A stretch of DNA of 64,000 nucleotides. Source: Bdellovibrionales bacterium (lineage in GTDB: Bacteria; Bdellovibrionota; Bdellovibrionia; Bdellovibrionales; JAMPXM01). The position numbers were made by a program, and so were the translations under genes. The notes beneath the pieces were generated by a model. It was not told the origin of the DNA. It worked only from the letters and a program-made list of their open reading frames with translations, and ran no database searches. The DNA lies in NCBI GenBank assembly GCA_043739185.1, contig JAYUEN010000332.1, positions 1 to 64,000 of the forward strand, read 5' to 3'. Shown piece by piece: positions 8,492 to 18,779 of the stretch (its first letter is position 1; each line of letters starts with the position of its first letter).

Positions 8492-11431
8492 CTACTCTTT
8501 GTTATCTTTATTAATCAAAGCAGCAAATGGATTATTAAACGGCGATTGTTGCTGACGTTGGCCTGGACGCTGATTTTGCTGTGGTCGATTTTGATTTCCA
8601 GGTCGTTGCTCTCGAGCTTGAGGTGCTTGCTGAGATCGCTCCGCTTGTGCAGGTGCTGCCGCAGGAGTTGCAGTTTCAGTTGCAGCTGGCACTTCAGCAT
8701 TAGGCACCGGTCGATCTCGCTTCATTTCTTTTTTCTTTGGAGGCTTTGCTGCTAAACGCTCCCGCACAATCTGACTTGCGGTTTTATGTTTATTAGCTTC
8801 GCGTTGCTTTCCAAAAAGATCTGCTTGAGCCTGAGGAGTCAAATTTTTAGCCATTGGAGTTTCAGTAGCGTTTCGATCTGACCTTGGGCCACGATCAGGG
8901 CGATCTCCCCTTGGACGTTGCTCATTTCGATCTGGTCTTTCGCCAGCCGGACGCGCCATCTTCTCTTCGAAATCTTGACGGTACTTCTTTTCATTCGGAT
9001 TTTTTGCTGGCTGTACAAAATCATCTTTTGGAGGACGATTATCACGTCTCGGTGGTCTTGGGCCCCGATTGTCTCTTGGTGGACGTGGCCCTCGAGCTTG
9101 CATATCTCTTTCAGAAGGAGCTCCTGGCTCCCGCGGGCCTCTCGGGCCTCGTGGCCGCTGATCATTTCTTGGCCTGCGAGCTCCGCGATCATCAGCACCA
9201 CCAGAATTATCTCTGTTATTGTCTCTGGCATTTTCACTTGCCGATCGTGGCATTTGCTTTGGTCGCTCATCTAGTAGCATCGTCAACGAGATTTGTTTTT
9301 TATCTAAATCAACTGTTAAAACCTTTATCGTAACTTGATCTCCCGGATTCACAACTTTGCGAGGATCATCAATAAACTGATGCGACAATTGTGAAAGATG
9401 AACCAAACCATCTTGATGAACACCAATATCAACAAAGGCGCCAAAGTTAGTCACATTGCTCACAATACCCGGACAAATCATTCCGGCTTTTAAGTCTTTC
9501 ATTTCGAAAATATCATCACGATAGGCAAAGACTTTGAATGGATCACGCGGATCTCGTCCGGGCTTTTCAAGCTCTCTCACAATATCATCAAAAGTAAATT
9601 CGCCAACCAATGCAGCCCACTTGGTTCGAACTTCAAGTAATTTTTTAGCACCTTCGCCAATCAATTGAGAAATTTGCACACCTAGCTCATGTGACATATC
9701 TCGAACCGCAGTATAGCGCTCGGGATGAATTCCGGTTTGATCAAGCAAAACCTTACCGCCATTAATTCTTAAAAAGCCACCGCACTGCTCATAAACTTTA
9801 CTCGTGAATCGGCCCACCTTCATAAGCTGAGTGCGATCTTCAAAGAGGCCATTGGTTTTTCTAAAATCAACAATATTTTTTGCGAGTACTGGGCCAATCC
9901 CCGAAACATGAGACAAGAGCGGTGCCGAGGCCGTATTGAGATCAACACCGACATTGTTCACACAGCTTTCAACAACTGCTTCAAGGCTCTTAACTAAATG
10001 GGCTTGAGTGACATCATGTTGATATTGACCCACTCCAATAGATTTTGGATCTACTTTTACGAGTTCTGCGAGAGGATCTTGCAATCTGCGGGCAATTGAA
10101 ATAGCTCCCCTGACAGTTAAATCTAATTCTGGAAATTCTTCGCGAGCGACATCACTTGCCGAATATACACTGGCACCCGACTCGCTCACCATGATGACAG
10201 GAATGGCGGCATCAATATCTTTCAAAACTTTTCTTAAAAATATTTCAGCTTCTCTGCCGCCGGTACCATTACCAACTGCGACTGCATCGATTTTTATTTG
10301 CTTCAAAACTTCTGCAAACAAACTCTTGGCCTTTTCTTCTGCCCCATCGCCTTGAACGTGCAAAACCGTGTGTGAAATGAAATTGCCTTGTTTATCAATT
10401 AAGGCCAATTTGCAGCCAGTGCGAAGACCAGGATCAACTCCTAATACACAGCGTGAACCAAATGGACTTGAAAGTAGAACTCGGCGAACATTTTCAGCAA
10501 AGACCATGATCGCATCTTTATCTGCTTTGTCTTTGAGTACGCGGTGAACTTCATTGGTAATCGATGGATAAACATGCACTGTCAATGCCACTTGAGCACA
10601 AGCTTTTAAAAATTGCGCGCTTTGATTATCAATATTAGTAAGCGCATAAGCTTCAAACTTTTTCAGGAGTAATTCTTCATCGCCTTGTATGGTGACGGCA
10701 AGTTCGCCCTCCGTCCAACCTCGGCGCATAGCTAAATAGCGATGCGAATGTTTAGACTCTTGAAGGCTCTTTACGCTTTCAGCAAAGTCTTTATACATTT
10801 CATATTTAGAATGCGTCTTAAATTCTTTTGTACTTTTTGAAACCACGCCACCAAAGCCAAAAAAGTTAGAACGTACAGCTTCTCTGAGCTCAGGATTATT
10901 TGAGATTTTCTCAACAATAATATCTTGAGCACCTTTTAAAGCGAGCTCGTAAGTTATAAAGCCCAGGGCTGGGTTGATGAAATCCTTGGCTTTCACTTCG
11001 AGAGTAGTTTCGTCTGTCAATTCACCTTGCCCTAAAGACCAGATCCAATTTGCAAGTGGCTCAAGGCCTGCTTCGCGAGCCAATGTTGCCTTGGTTTTCT
11101 TTTTCTTTTTGAACGGACGATAAATTTCTTCAAGTTCGCCTAGGTCAAAACTCATATCCAGACGCTTTTTAATTTCGTCTGTCAAATTTCCCTGAGATTC
11201 AATTTCTTTTAATACAAATTCGCGGCGTTTATTAATTTCAGCAAAGGTTTCACTCGCCTCTAAAATTTGACGAATTTCAACTTCGTCTAAATTGCCGGTC
11301 TTTTCTTTACGGTATCTAGCTATAAATGGGACGGTACCGCCCTCGGCATGCAAATCTAAAACCGCTTGCACAGATTTCGGCGCAAATTTTGCTTCGATCT
11401 TATGTAAATATTGATTAAAATCTAATGTCAT
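8492..11431 (-). CDS. tex: Tex-family RNA-binding transcription accessory protein with long disordered C-terminal tail
   Basis: TVPFIARYRKEKTG, GVDPGLRTGCK, SESGASVYSAS, IGVGQYQHDV, S1 domain VTNFGAFVDIGVHQDGLVHLS. Confidence 0.93.
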   Translation of the reverse strand: MTLDFNQYLHKIEAKFAPKSVQAVLDLHAEGGTVPFIARYRKEKTGNLDEVEIRQILEASETFAEINKRREFVLKEIESQGNLTDEIKKRLDMSFDLGELEEIYRPFKKKKKTKATLAREAGLEPLANWIWSLGQGELTDETTLEVKAKDFINPALGFITYELALKGAQDIIVEKISNNPELREAVRSNFFGFGGVVSKSTKEFKTHSKYEMYKDFAESVKSLQESKHSHRYLAMRRGWTEGELAVTIQGDEELLLKKFEAYALTNIDNQSAQFLKACAQVALTVHVYPSITNEVHRVLKDKADKDAIMVFAENVRRVLLSSPFGSRCVLGVDPGLRTGCKLALIDKQGNFISHTVLHVQGDGAEEKAKSLFAEVLKQIKIDAVAVGNGTGGREAEIFLRKVLKDIDAAIPVIMVSESGASVYSASDVAREEFPELDLTVRGAISIARRLQDPLAELVKVDPKSIGVGQYQHDVTQAHLVKSLEAVVESCVNNVGVDLNTASAPLLSHVSGIGPVLAKNIVDFRKTNGLFEDRTQLMKVGRFTSKVYEQCGGFLRINGGKVLLDQTGIHPERYTAVRDMSHELGVQISQLIGEGAKKLLEVRTKWAALVGEFTFDDIVRELEKPGRDPRDPFKVFAYRDDIFEMKDLKAGMICPGIVSNVTNFGAFVDIGVHQDGLVHLSQLSHQFIDDPRKVVNPGDQVTIKVLTVDLDKKQISLTMLLDERPKQMPRSASENARDNNRDNSGGADDRGARRPRNDQRPRGPRGPREPGAPSERDMQARGPRPPRDNRGPRPPRRDNRPPKDDFVQPAKNPNEKKYRQDFEEKMARPAGERPDRNEQRPRGDRPDRGPRSDRNATETPMAKNLTPQAQADLFGKQREANKHKTASQIVRERLAAKPPKKKEMKRDRPVPNAEVPAATETATPAAAPAQAERSQQAPQAREQRPGNQNRPQQNQRPGQRQQQSPFNNPFAALINKDNKE

Positions 11432-11437
11432 TTGAAA

Positions 11438-11656
11438 TCACTTGTGGCGATAAAGTATAAGGCCATTTGAAGGATCATACGGAGATACTCCTACTGTCAC
11501 GCGATCACCCACCACGACTCTGATATTAAAACGTCGCATTTTGCCACAAAGTCTGGCTTGGATAGCAACTTTATTGTCGAGTTCGACTTTATAAAGTCCG
11601 CCAGCTCCAGCGTCGATAATTTTTCCGTCAATTTGTGCGAGATCGTCTTTTGCCAT
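11438..11656 (-). CDS. infA: Translation initiation factor IF-1
   Basis: 72 aa; MAKDD..., GKMRRFNIRVVVGDRVTVGVSPYD. Confidence 0.95.
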   Translation of the reverse strand: MAKDDLAQIDGKIIDAGAGGLYKVELDNKVAIQARLCGKMRRFNIRVVVGDRVTVGVSPYDPSNGLILYRHK

Positions 11657-11955
11657 ATGTGGGCTATATTGTTAGTCGAATTTAGGCCCAAAGTACAACT
11701 AAAATAAAAGCTTTCTTCTGAGCTTCTTTGGTTTGGAGCTCGTTTATGAAGTACTTCGCCTTCAAGAAATAACGAAAAGCTCTGAGTCTTCAGGCAAAAT
11801 TTCTTGATCTAGATCGGTTTCCTTCAATTTATTGCACGATTAGATACATAACAGGCCTAAAATGATTTTTGTGATATTCAAAAAAAATTACCGACCAGCC
11901 CAAAATAAAGCCATAAGACCTCAGCCTTAGCATCGAAACTCTAAATGAAGAAACT

Positions 11956-12759
11956 TTAGGATTTATAATTTGAAATCAATATTTTAATGCCCTCTTTGAA
12001 CAGGACTTCTAAGCGGTCATTTATATTTGAAAGAATAAAACCCCATCCGAGTTTGACATGTTGAAGTGAGGATTTCGCTTCAAAGCTCTCTCGCATATTG
12101 TAAGATTTAGCTTTTTCATTTTTATGGGTATCGAAAAATTTTTGCCAAATTTCTGATAAATCACCATTGCGATCGATTCCGGACAATAAATCTCTCTCTT
12201 TTTTCATTCGCCGTTCTGAAGCTGACTTTTCTTTAGGTGATTTTTTAAGTGGAGTCACAACTTCATCTTCGTCTTCTTCAATTGCGCCACCGGCGATTGC
12301 CTTTTCTGCCGCCGCATCGGCTTCTTCTAATTCTGCTACATCTTCAACAAATTCTGCCAATTCAGGATCAACTTCAATATCATCATCTAAGAAATCATCT
12401 TCAAGCTCATCTGCATCCTTCTTAAGCTTGGAGCCCATTACAGAAGGGACGGGCGCTTTTTTCGGTTTTGCTGCATTTGGCTTTTCAACAACTACTTTTG
12501 ATTTTGAGACCTCTTGCTTTGCGCTGGCTTTTGCCGGCGGCACTTTTACAGGCACTTTCCCAACTGCCTTTACGGCCGTCTTACTGCTATTCTTTTCACT
12601 CGCTTTAACTTTGGGCTTAACGGATGGTTTCCCAGCTTCTTTAGCCGCAGAAGCTAATTTTTTGACGGGTTTTGTCTTGGCAACAGCTGCCTTCGCTTTG
12701 GGTTTTGCTGCCAGCGTTTTCTTTGCTTTTGCTTGAGTCTTTATCGGCTTTTTAGCCAT
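11956..12759 (-). CDS. Hypothetical protein: K/A/P-rich N-terminus, acidic tract, small C-terminal beta domain
   Basis: Start moved to ATG 12759 (GGAGGAG RBS); composition visible in the translation. Confidence 0.8.
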   Translation of the reverse strand: MAKKPIKTQAKAKKTLAAKPKAKAAVAKTKPVKKLASAAKEAGKPSVKPKVKASEKNSSKTAVKAVGKVPVKVPPAKASAKQEVSKSKVVVEKPNAAKPKKAPVPSVMGSKLKKDADELEDDFLDDDIEVDPELAEFVEDVAELEEADAAAEKAIAGGAIEEDEDEVVTPLKKSPKEKSASERRMKKERDLLSGIDRNGDLSEIWQKFFDTHKNEKAKSYNMRESFEAKSSLQHVKLGWGFILSNINDRLEVLFKEGIKILISNYKS

Positions 12760-13011
12760 TTCTCCTCCGCAAGATGACATAAAGTATATGAACAATTGAA
12801 AGCTAGGCTAAAGACTTTCAGAAAACAAGCATTTTGAATTTCGATGCTCGCGCCCTTAGGATTTGCATCGCAGCGAATAAAGATTTGTGAGAAGGTCCCG
12901 CTATGTTATCTACTAGTATTTTGACAAAAATATTACTTAAGCTTTGAGATAATGGCGGGACTCGCCACCTGAGTAATGTGAGGGAGTACGAATCAATGTT
13001 GAGCAAAACCA

Positions 13012-14076
13012 ATGTTTAAAAATGAGTTTAGTTTTTCAGAAATGAAGAGTGCATTCCATGATTTGGTTTTAGAATGCACGGGTTCGCCAAACCAAAAGTT
13101 CATTGGCATTTCCTCTGCTGAAGTACCGACATTAAAGTCCTTAATTTTCTGTACAAAGCCAAGCCTAATTGAATCCGCCACTCGATCACAAGCTGGGGGC
13201 CTAGTGGTTTCGCAAAAAAACTTCGCACTGGTATCTGCCACAGATAAGGTCATCATCTCCTCTTCTAATCCCGAACTACTTATGGCAAAATGTATTCATA
13301 AGTTTATACTCAGCTCGCCCTATCGCGATGAATTCAAGTCCGGCATAAATTCAAATGCCCAAATTGATCCCTCTGCGCACATTCATGAAAGCGCCTATAT
13401 TGGTGCGGGTGTGGTTATTGGCAAAGAGGTAAAAATAGCCTCCAACGCATATGTGGGTGCCAATTCGGTTATTGAAGCTCACTCTGAAGTTGGTGAATAC
13501 ACCACTATTCAACCCCTAGTTGTGATCGGCCCGCGAGTGAAAATCGGCGCGCGCTGTGAAGTCTCATCCCATAGCATTGTTGGCAAAGAAGGCTTTGGTT
13601 ATGCGCACGATGCACTCGGCAATCATTACCGAATTCCCCATCAGGGTTGGGTCATAGTTGAAGATGATGTTCATCTCGGCGCAGGCAATACTATTGATCG
13701 CGGCACTTTTGGTGAAACCCGTATTGGAAAAGGAACCAAAACCGACAATCAAGTTCATATTGCCCATAATTGCAAAGTCGGCAAGGGCTGCTTACTAACG
13801 GCAGGCTTAAGAATGGCCGGCACTGCCTCCATTGGTAATTTTGTTGTAACGGGTGGAAATACTCTCATCGGGGGCCATCTTCATGTTACAGACGGAGTCA
13901 ATTTAGCCGCTCAGTCTGCGGTCAGTAAAGCCATCACCGTCAAAGGCGACTACGGCGGCTCGCCCTTGCTCCCACTTCAGCAGTTTTTAAAAATGAAATC
14001 GACCATGACTCATTTGCCTGAAATGCGAAAACATATTCGCAAACTCATGGAGAAAATTTTTCCGGATGAAGTCTAA
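13012..14076 (+). CDS. lpxD: UDP-3-O-acyl-glucosamine N-acyltransferase
   Basis: Hexapeptide repeats; GKEGFGY, TIDRG, KTDNQVHIAHN. Confidence 0.92.
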   Translation: MFKNEFSFSEMKSAFHDLVLECTGSPNQKFIGISSAEVPTLKSLIFCTKPSLIESATRSQAGGLVVSQKNFALVSATDKVIISSSNPELLMAKCIHKFILSSPYRDEFKSGINSNAQIDPSAHIHESAYIGAGVVIGKEVKIASNAYVGANSVIEAHSEVGEYTTIQPLVVIGPRVKIGARCEVSSHSIVGKEGFGYAHDALGNHYRIPHQGWVIVEDDVHLGAGNTIDRGTFGETRIGKGTKTDNQVHIAHNCKVGKGCLLTAGLRMAGTASIGNFVVTGGNTLIGGHLHVTDGVNLAAQSAVSKAITVKGDYGGSPLLPLQQFLKMKSTMTHLPEMRKHIRKLMEKIFPDEV

Positions 14077-15154
14077 GCTCCTTTTAATATCATTCTTTCT
14101 GGTCATCGTCATTTATCATAAGCCCGTGAACGCCGAAAATAGAACTGGCAATGTGAATGCTAAGAAAACGAAAACCGAAGCTTCTGCTCCACCTGCCGAT
14201 TCCGACAGAAAAATCGAGGCCCCACCTGCAGAGCCAGAGTCCAGCAAATCAGATTTATCGGCTGAACGCATTGACCCTCTTTCAAAATATTTTCTTACCG
14301 GGCAATTCGTAATTGGCACTCCCGGCTTTTCGCTAGAATTAGAAAATCAAAATCAAACTAAAAAAGTATCCTACGCTCCGAATTTGAAGGGCACCGTAGG
14401 TATAGGCATTAGTTTCAAAGATTTAATTGGGGCGACGGCTTCGCTCCACGGTAGCCCCAGCGCAGATTCTTATACAAAAGGTTCTACGGACTATGATGAT
14501 TTTCACTTCGTTTTTGATTTTAAAAATTTTTTCATTGAAGCCCAGTATCAGCGATATAACGGACTTTATGTTTCCAACTCAACTGAAGTTGATCCTACTG
14601 CTGCTGGTAATATTTTGGCCCCCAATATTTCAATGCAAAATATCTTACTTGAATTCACCTATGTGTTTAGGCCTCAAAAATTTTCGATACAAGCGGCGAT
14701 CAGCAGAACCGAACGACAAATACACAGCGGCGGCAGTTGGTTGATTGGCGCTAAAGCAACGCAAACAACTCTCGAAAATGCGACAGGACTAATCCCCACT
14801 CAAATACGCAGCTATTATGGCGCAGATCAAGATCTTACCAAAGATCGCAGTCGAACTTTGATGCTAACAGGTGGTTATGCCTATACCATATCCTTTAGTG
14901 AAAAATTCTTTTCTACACTTTTAGGCGTCGTTGGTTATGGCTGGGGAGATAGCTCATTTGCCTCCGCCACGAGCACGAGCAGTCTGACTTATGGGGCCAG
15001 CACAGTAGGGCTTAAGTTCGTCCTTGCCTATAATGGTGATTCTCTTATTGCAGGAATTTCAAGCGAAAATGATAGTACCCTTTCTTTGACTAATACCGTA
15101 CGTATCAATTCAAATCCGACACTCTCGCAATTGTTTGTAGGAACTCGATATTAA
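14066..15154 (+). CDS. Putative outer-membrane beta-barrel protein (DUF4421-like)
   Basis: Signal peptide; amphipathic strands; ERQIHSGGSW; aromatic C-terminal residue. Confidence 0.65.
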   Translation: MKSKLLLISFFLVIVIYHKPVNAENRTGNVNAKKTKTEASAPPADSDRKIEAPPAEPESSKSDLSAERIDPLSKYFLTGQFVIGTPGFSLELENQNQTKKVSYAPNLKGTVGIGISFKDLIGATASLHGSPSADSYTKGSTDYDDFHFVFDFKNFFIEAQYQRYNGLYVSNSTEVDPTAAGNILAPNISMQNILLEFTYVFRPQKFSIQAAISRTERQIHSGGSWLIGAKATQTTLENATGLIPTQIRSYYGADQDLTKDRSRTLMLTGGYAYTISFSEKFFSTLLGVVGYGWGDSSFASATSTSSLTYGASTVGLKFVLAYNGDSLIAGISSENDSTLSLTNTVRINSNPTLSQLFVGTRY

Positions 15155-15171
15155 AAAAGGATGAGTATAAA

Positions 15172-16719
15172 ATGGCAGTTTATTTCACCACTCCACTTTA
15201 CTATGTAAATGATACCCCTCATATCGGCCACGCCTATACGACGATCATTGCCGACGTATTGCGCCGCTACCGAAGAATGTATGGCGAAGAGACCCTCTTT
15301 CTGACCGGCACTGATGAGCATGGTCAGAAAGTACAAACAGCAGCACATAAGCGCGGCCTGACACCACAAGCTCATTGTGACGAAATGGTTTTGAACTTTC
15401 AAAACATTTGGAAAGAGCTCAATATTGATTACGATATTTTTTATCGAACCACAGCGCCGTCACATGTAAAGGCGGTTCAAGCATGCCTACAAGATCTGTA
15501 TGATCGGGATGAAATTTATACTAAAGAATTCACCGGTTGGTATTCCGTATCGGATGAAATTTTTTATACTGAAAAAGATTTAGTCGGCGGCAAAGCTCCA
15601 ACTGGCGGCGAAGTAAGCTTAGTCACAGAAAAAAACTATTTTTTCAAAATGTCGAAATACCAAGAGCAGCTGATCTCTCACATTGAAAAGAATCCTGGCT
15701 TTATTGCTCCAGAAAGCAAACAAAATGAAGTTCTGGGTTTTTTGCGAAAACCGTTGCAAGACTTATGTATTTCTCGGCCAAAAGCCAGAATGAGCTGGGG
15801 CATCGAAATGCCCTTCGACAAGGACTACGTCACTTATGTGTGGTTTGATGCACTATTAAATTATGCTGTCGCGGTCGGCTTTAAAGTCCCCAATCAAGAA
15901 ACGCAGTTTGTTAAGTGGTGGAGCCCTGAAAGCTGCGGTGCCACTCACCTTATAGGCAAGGATATTTTAACTACTCATGCCGTCTATTGGACTACGATGC
16001 TCATGGGTTTGCGCGCGCCCCTGCCTAAACAGATTTTCGCTCACGGATGGTGGCTCACGGATACCAATGAAAAAATGAGTAAGTCAAAAGGCCCCACCAT
16101 CAAACCTCTTGATATGAAGGACTTGGTTGGCGTTGATGGTTTGAGGTATTTTTTAACTCGCGATATCCATCTGGGTAATGATGCTCAATTTTCTCAAGAC
16201 TTAGTCATTGCGCGAGTCAATACTGACCTCGCAAATAATTTTGGAAATCTATTAAGCCGCTCCACCAATTTGATTGAAAAATTCTTTGAGGGCACAATTC
16301 CAATAGTTGAAATTCAAATGCCATCTTCATTAGACTTAGCGAAGCAAGCACTTGCACTAGTAGATATTGTCCACCGTGAAATATTGGCAATGGCACCCAA
16401 TCGTGCAATCGAGGCGGTGACCGATATGCTCTCACTTGCAAATAAATATATGGAAACTCACGCTCCCTGGAAAAGCTTAAAAGCCGCTGCCGGTGACACC
16501 GGGCTCATGCGCGAAGGTGCCGAAAGTTTATTCGTATGCTTGGAGTGCTTACGTTTTGCCGGAATTCTATTGAGCCCAGTCATGCCAACCAAAATGTCAG
16601 AACTCTTGAAATTAATCGGTTGGGAAAAATCCCCTAATCTTTTGGATCTCAAAACCTTTCAACGAATCAAGGCAGGAACCCACATAGGGAAAGCCGCCCC
16701 GCTGTTTCCCCGGATTTGA
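15172..16719 (+). CDS. metG: Methionyl-tRNA synthetase (short form)
   Basis: YYVNDTPHIGH, GTDEHGQK, YVWFDALLNY, KMSKS. Confidence 0.96.
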   Translation: MAVYFTTPLYYVNDTPHIGHAYTTIIADVLRRYRRMYGEETLFLTGTDEHGQKVQTAAHKRGLTPQAHCDEMVLNFQNIWKELNIDYDIFYRTTAPSHVKAVQACLQDLYDRDEIYTKEFTGWYSVSDEIFYTEKDLVGGKAPTGGEVSLVTEKNYFFKMSKYQEQLISHIEKNPGFIAPESKQNEVLGFLRKPLQDLCISRPKARMSWGIEMPFDKDYVTYVWFDALLNYAVAVGFKVPNQETQFVKWWSPESCGATHLIGKDILTTHAVYWTTMLMGLRAPLPKQIFAHGWWLTDTNEKMSKSKGPTIKPLDMKDLVGVDGLRYFLTRDIHLGNDAQFSQDLVIARVNTDLANNFGNLLSRSTNLIEKFFEGTIPIVEIQMPSSLDLAKQALALVDIVHREILAMAPNRAIEAVTDMLSLANKYMETHAPWKSLKAAAGDTGLMREGAESLFVCLECLRFAGILLSPVMPTKMSELLKLIGWEKSPNLLDLKTFQRIKAGTHIGKAAPLFPRI

Positions 16720-16772
16720 GGTTTGAGGTTTGAGGTGCCACCTAACATTTGGTATTGCACCGCCGCAAGTGG

Positions 16773-17759
16773 TTATTTTTTGGTCTGAATATCGTCTAAG
16801 ATTCTGGAGAGGCTCTTGGGACTCATCTCAATTGCGCCATCATTTCTCACCTTGAATGGCTCAGTGCTGGTGATTATTTCGCTATGCTCGAGCGCTTCGA
16901 CCAGACGCTTCGACATTTTTTCTCCGTTTAAAAAGATACTAACAAGCAAAATAGAATCTTGTGATTCTGCCTTTACCGATACCAAGATGTCTTTTGGACC
17001 TCCAATAATTTTCGCTTGTAAAATAATTTGCATAAAATCGCTAGCACCTGAAAGACGCTTTTCAAGCATCTCAATAGAGCCTTCAATTGAAAGTTTTGAA
17101 CCCTCTGCTTCAACTGGAACTAAAAAGCCATTTATTTTAGTCTTTGCATAAAGTCGTGGGAGTTTGGGGTCGGTTTTAAATCTACCTTCTAAGCTGGTTG
17201 CAGACTCACTGACTTTAAACTTGGCAAAGCTTTGAAGTTGGGGGCTCAAGGCCTCTTCATGCTGGCTCGAATTCGAATGAATTTGCGCAAGTCCGGTTCC
17301 TGCATTTGGATCGGAATTTAAAACAAAGGTTTCAGAGCGCGAATGTTTTTGATAGCTCATTGGACATTGCGGTCCAGAAATCTCACCAGACTCGTCTGAG
17401 ACATTGTGATTTGGCGTCGATTCTTTGTTGTCCTGACTAATGGGTTTTTTGATTGTACAGTGCTCCCCCATTTTCTCGAGATACTTCTGATAAGCGGGGC
17501 TCAATTTATTAAGTGCAATTTGCTTTTTCGCGCGGCTTTCAAACTCGTCTAATAAAAAAGTCGAGGGCATCGAGCCACCAATTGATTTCAAAATACGCGC
17601 TGATTTTAAAAAGTCCTCGTCCGCAATATGCGCCCCCACCTGGGTTTGAAACTCAAGCTTTTCAGGAATACTGCTAGAATCATCGCCGCCCCCATTTCCT
17701 TGAGAGCAAGCCGCTAGAAAGAGAAGGCCAGACAAGAGAGTCAAATTTCTAATTTTCAC
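16773..17759 (-). CDS. Hypothetical lipoprotein
   Basis: Likely GTG start at 17759; lipobox LAAC. Confidence 0.7.
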   Translation of the reverse strand: MKIRNLTLLSGLLFLAACSQGNGGGDDSSSIPEKLEFQTQVGAHIADEDFLKSARILKSIGGSMPSTFLLDEFESRAKKQIALNKLSPAYQKYLEKMGEHCTIKKPISQDNKESTPNHNVSDESGEISGPQCPMSYQKHSRSETFVLNSDPNAGTGLAQIHSNSSQHEEALSPQLQSFAKFKVSESATSLEGRFKTDPKLPRLYAKTKINGFLVPVEAEGSKLSIEGSIEMLEKRLSGASDFMQIILQAKIIGGPKDILVSVKAESQDSILLVSIFLNGEKMSKRLVEALEHSEIITSTEPFKVRNDGAIEMSPKSLSRILDDIQTKK

Positions 17760-17800
17760 CGAGGTCCCCTTTTTTAAAAAATATATGAACCCAAAACAAA

Positions 17801-17816
17801 AGCAAAGCTTAGACCA
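17801..17816 (-). promoter_or_regulatory. Possible sigma54 promoter for the lipoprotein gene
   Basis: TGGTCT-AAGCT-TTGCT on the minus strand (GG-N10-GC), about 40 bp upstream of the start. Confidence 0.4.
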
Positions 17817-17942
17817 AGACATACCAAGCCAGATTTGTAGCGAGGTCGATTTGATTGAATTTCTTACAAAAGAAAGACAAGAAAGAGCATCTCGAAATTG
17901 AAGCGAATAAAAAGCGGCCTATTTCTTGTTTTAGTTAATAAA

Positions 17943-18779
17943 TCAAAATTTGGTGAAAGATTTGATATTTTCTCTTAGTAGATCAAAATTTTCTTCGAGC
18001 GAAGTTTGGCCGGGAATTTCAATCCAATCGTAAATCTTTCGACATTCTGAAAATTCGATTTGAGGATCCGAAAGCGCTTTCAAATACGAAATAAAATCCT
18101 TAAATTCTTGCGCGTTTGCAGGATCTCCCTCTGCCGGAATAATCAGCTCCGGTTTAAATCTCTCCTGCAATTTTTCTAGATTGCGAATCCAATTGCTGAC
18201 ATTCATTCCTTCGAGAGGTCGCAAAATGGGATGAATGTGATTGAAAAATAAAGCTCCCAAAAATAAAGTCTTACGCTTTTCAAAAAAGACCGCCAAATCA
18301 ATATGAGATGCACTTTCAAGCACTGGCACAACCAAAATATTTTCATCGTCAAATTTAAAAATCCGCTCTTCAGATATTTTTTCAATAGCATCAGGTTTGT
18401 TTGGCCATTCTGCTTGCAACACCTGATCACTGACCTTCGGAATATAATATTTGGTCAATGGTGGGTAGTTTTTATTTCCTGAAATGAAATCATTTGATAA
18501 CGAAGTATTGAATACCAAATACTGAGGAGCTTTATACTCGTGCTCAATAATTTGATGTAGTTGTTGAGCCGCCGCGCCCGCATTGGTATTAATAACAACA
18601 CTATGACTTTCGCTTTTATAAATTCCGCAGACGCAGCTACCGCCCAAAAATAATCCGAATTGCTGATCTACTTTTTTAAGCGCTGTTGGCCACATAAAAC
18701 GATTTGTCGGCTTGATATAGGGAACCGATGTCCCCATTGCCATACCGTATATAAATCGAAGCCACTCTTTAAAAATCAT
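17943..18779 (-). CDS. Metallo-beta-lactamase-fold protein lacking metal ligands
   Basis: Pattern VFNTSLSNDFISGN / TLFLGALFF / IIPAEG parallels THxHxDHxGG / LFxGD / PGHG. Confidence 0.6.
   Translation of the reverse strand: MIFKEWLRFIYGMAMGTSVPYIKPTNRFMWPTALKKVDQQFGLFLGGSCVCGIYKSESHSVVINTNAGAAAQQLHQIIEHEYKAPQYLVFNTSLSNDFISGNKNYPPLTKYYIPKVSDQVLQAEWPNKPDAIEKISEERIFKFDDENILVVPVLESASHIDLAVFFEKRKTLFLGALFFNHIHPILRPLEGMNVSNWIRNLEKLQERFKPELIIPAEGDPANAQEFKDFISYLKALSDPQIEFSECRKIYDWIEIPGQTSLEENFDLLRENIKSFTKF

Noticed and set aside
8515..9333. Several overlapping alternative ORFs over the tex tail
   Set aside because: Shadow frames of low-complexity coding sequence; no motifs or RBS
11657..11955. 300-bp intergenic region with weak hairpins as a possible ncRNA or small ORF
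   Set aside because: Stems are short and imperfect; no recognisable RNA family or convincing RBS-led ORF
12167..12736. 189-aa plus-strand Ser/Phe/Ala-rich ORF
   Set aside because: Antisense shadow of the K/E/A-rich gene on the minus strand
16715..16735. (TTTGAGG)x3 at the metG stop
   Set aside because: Only three units in a convergent intergenic gap; no evidence of function
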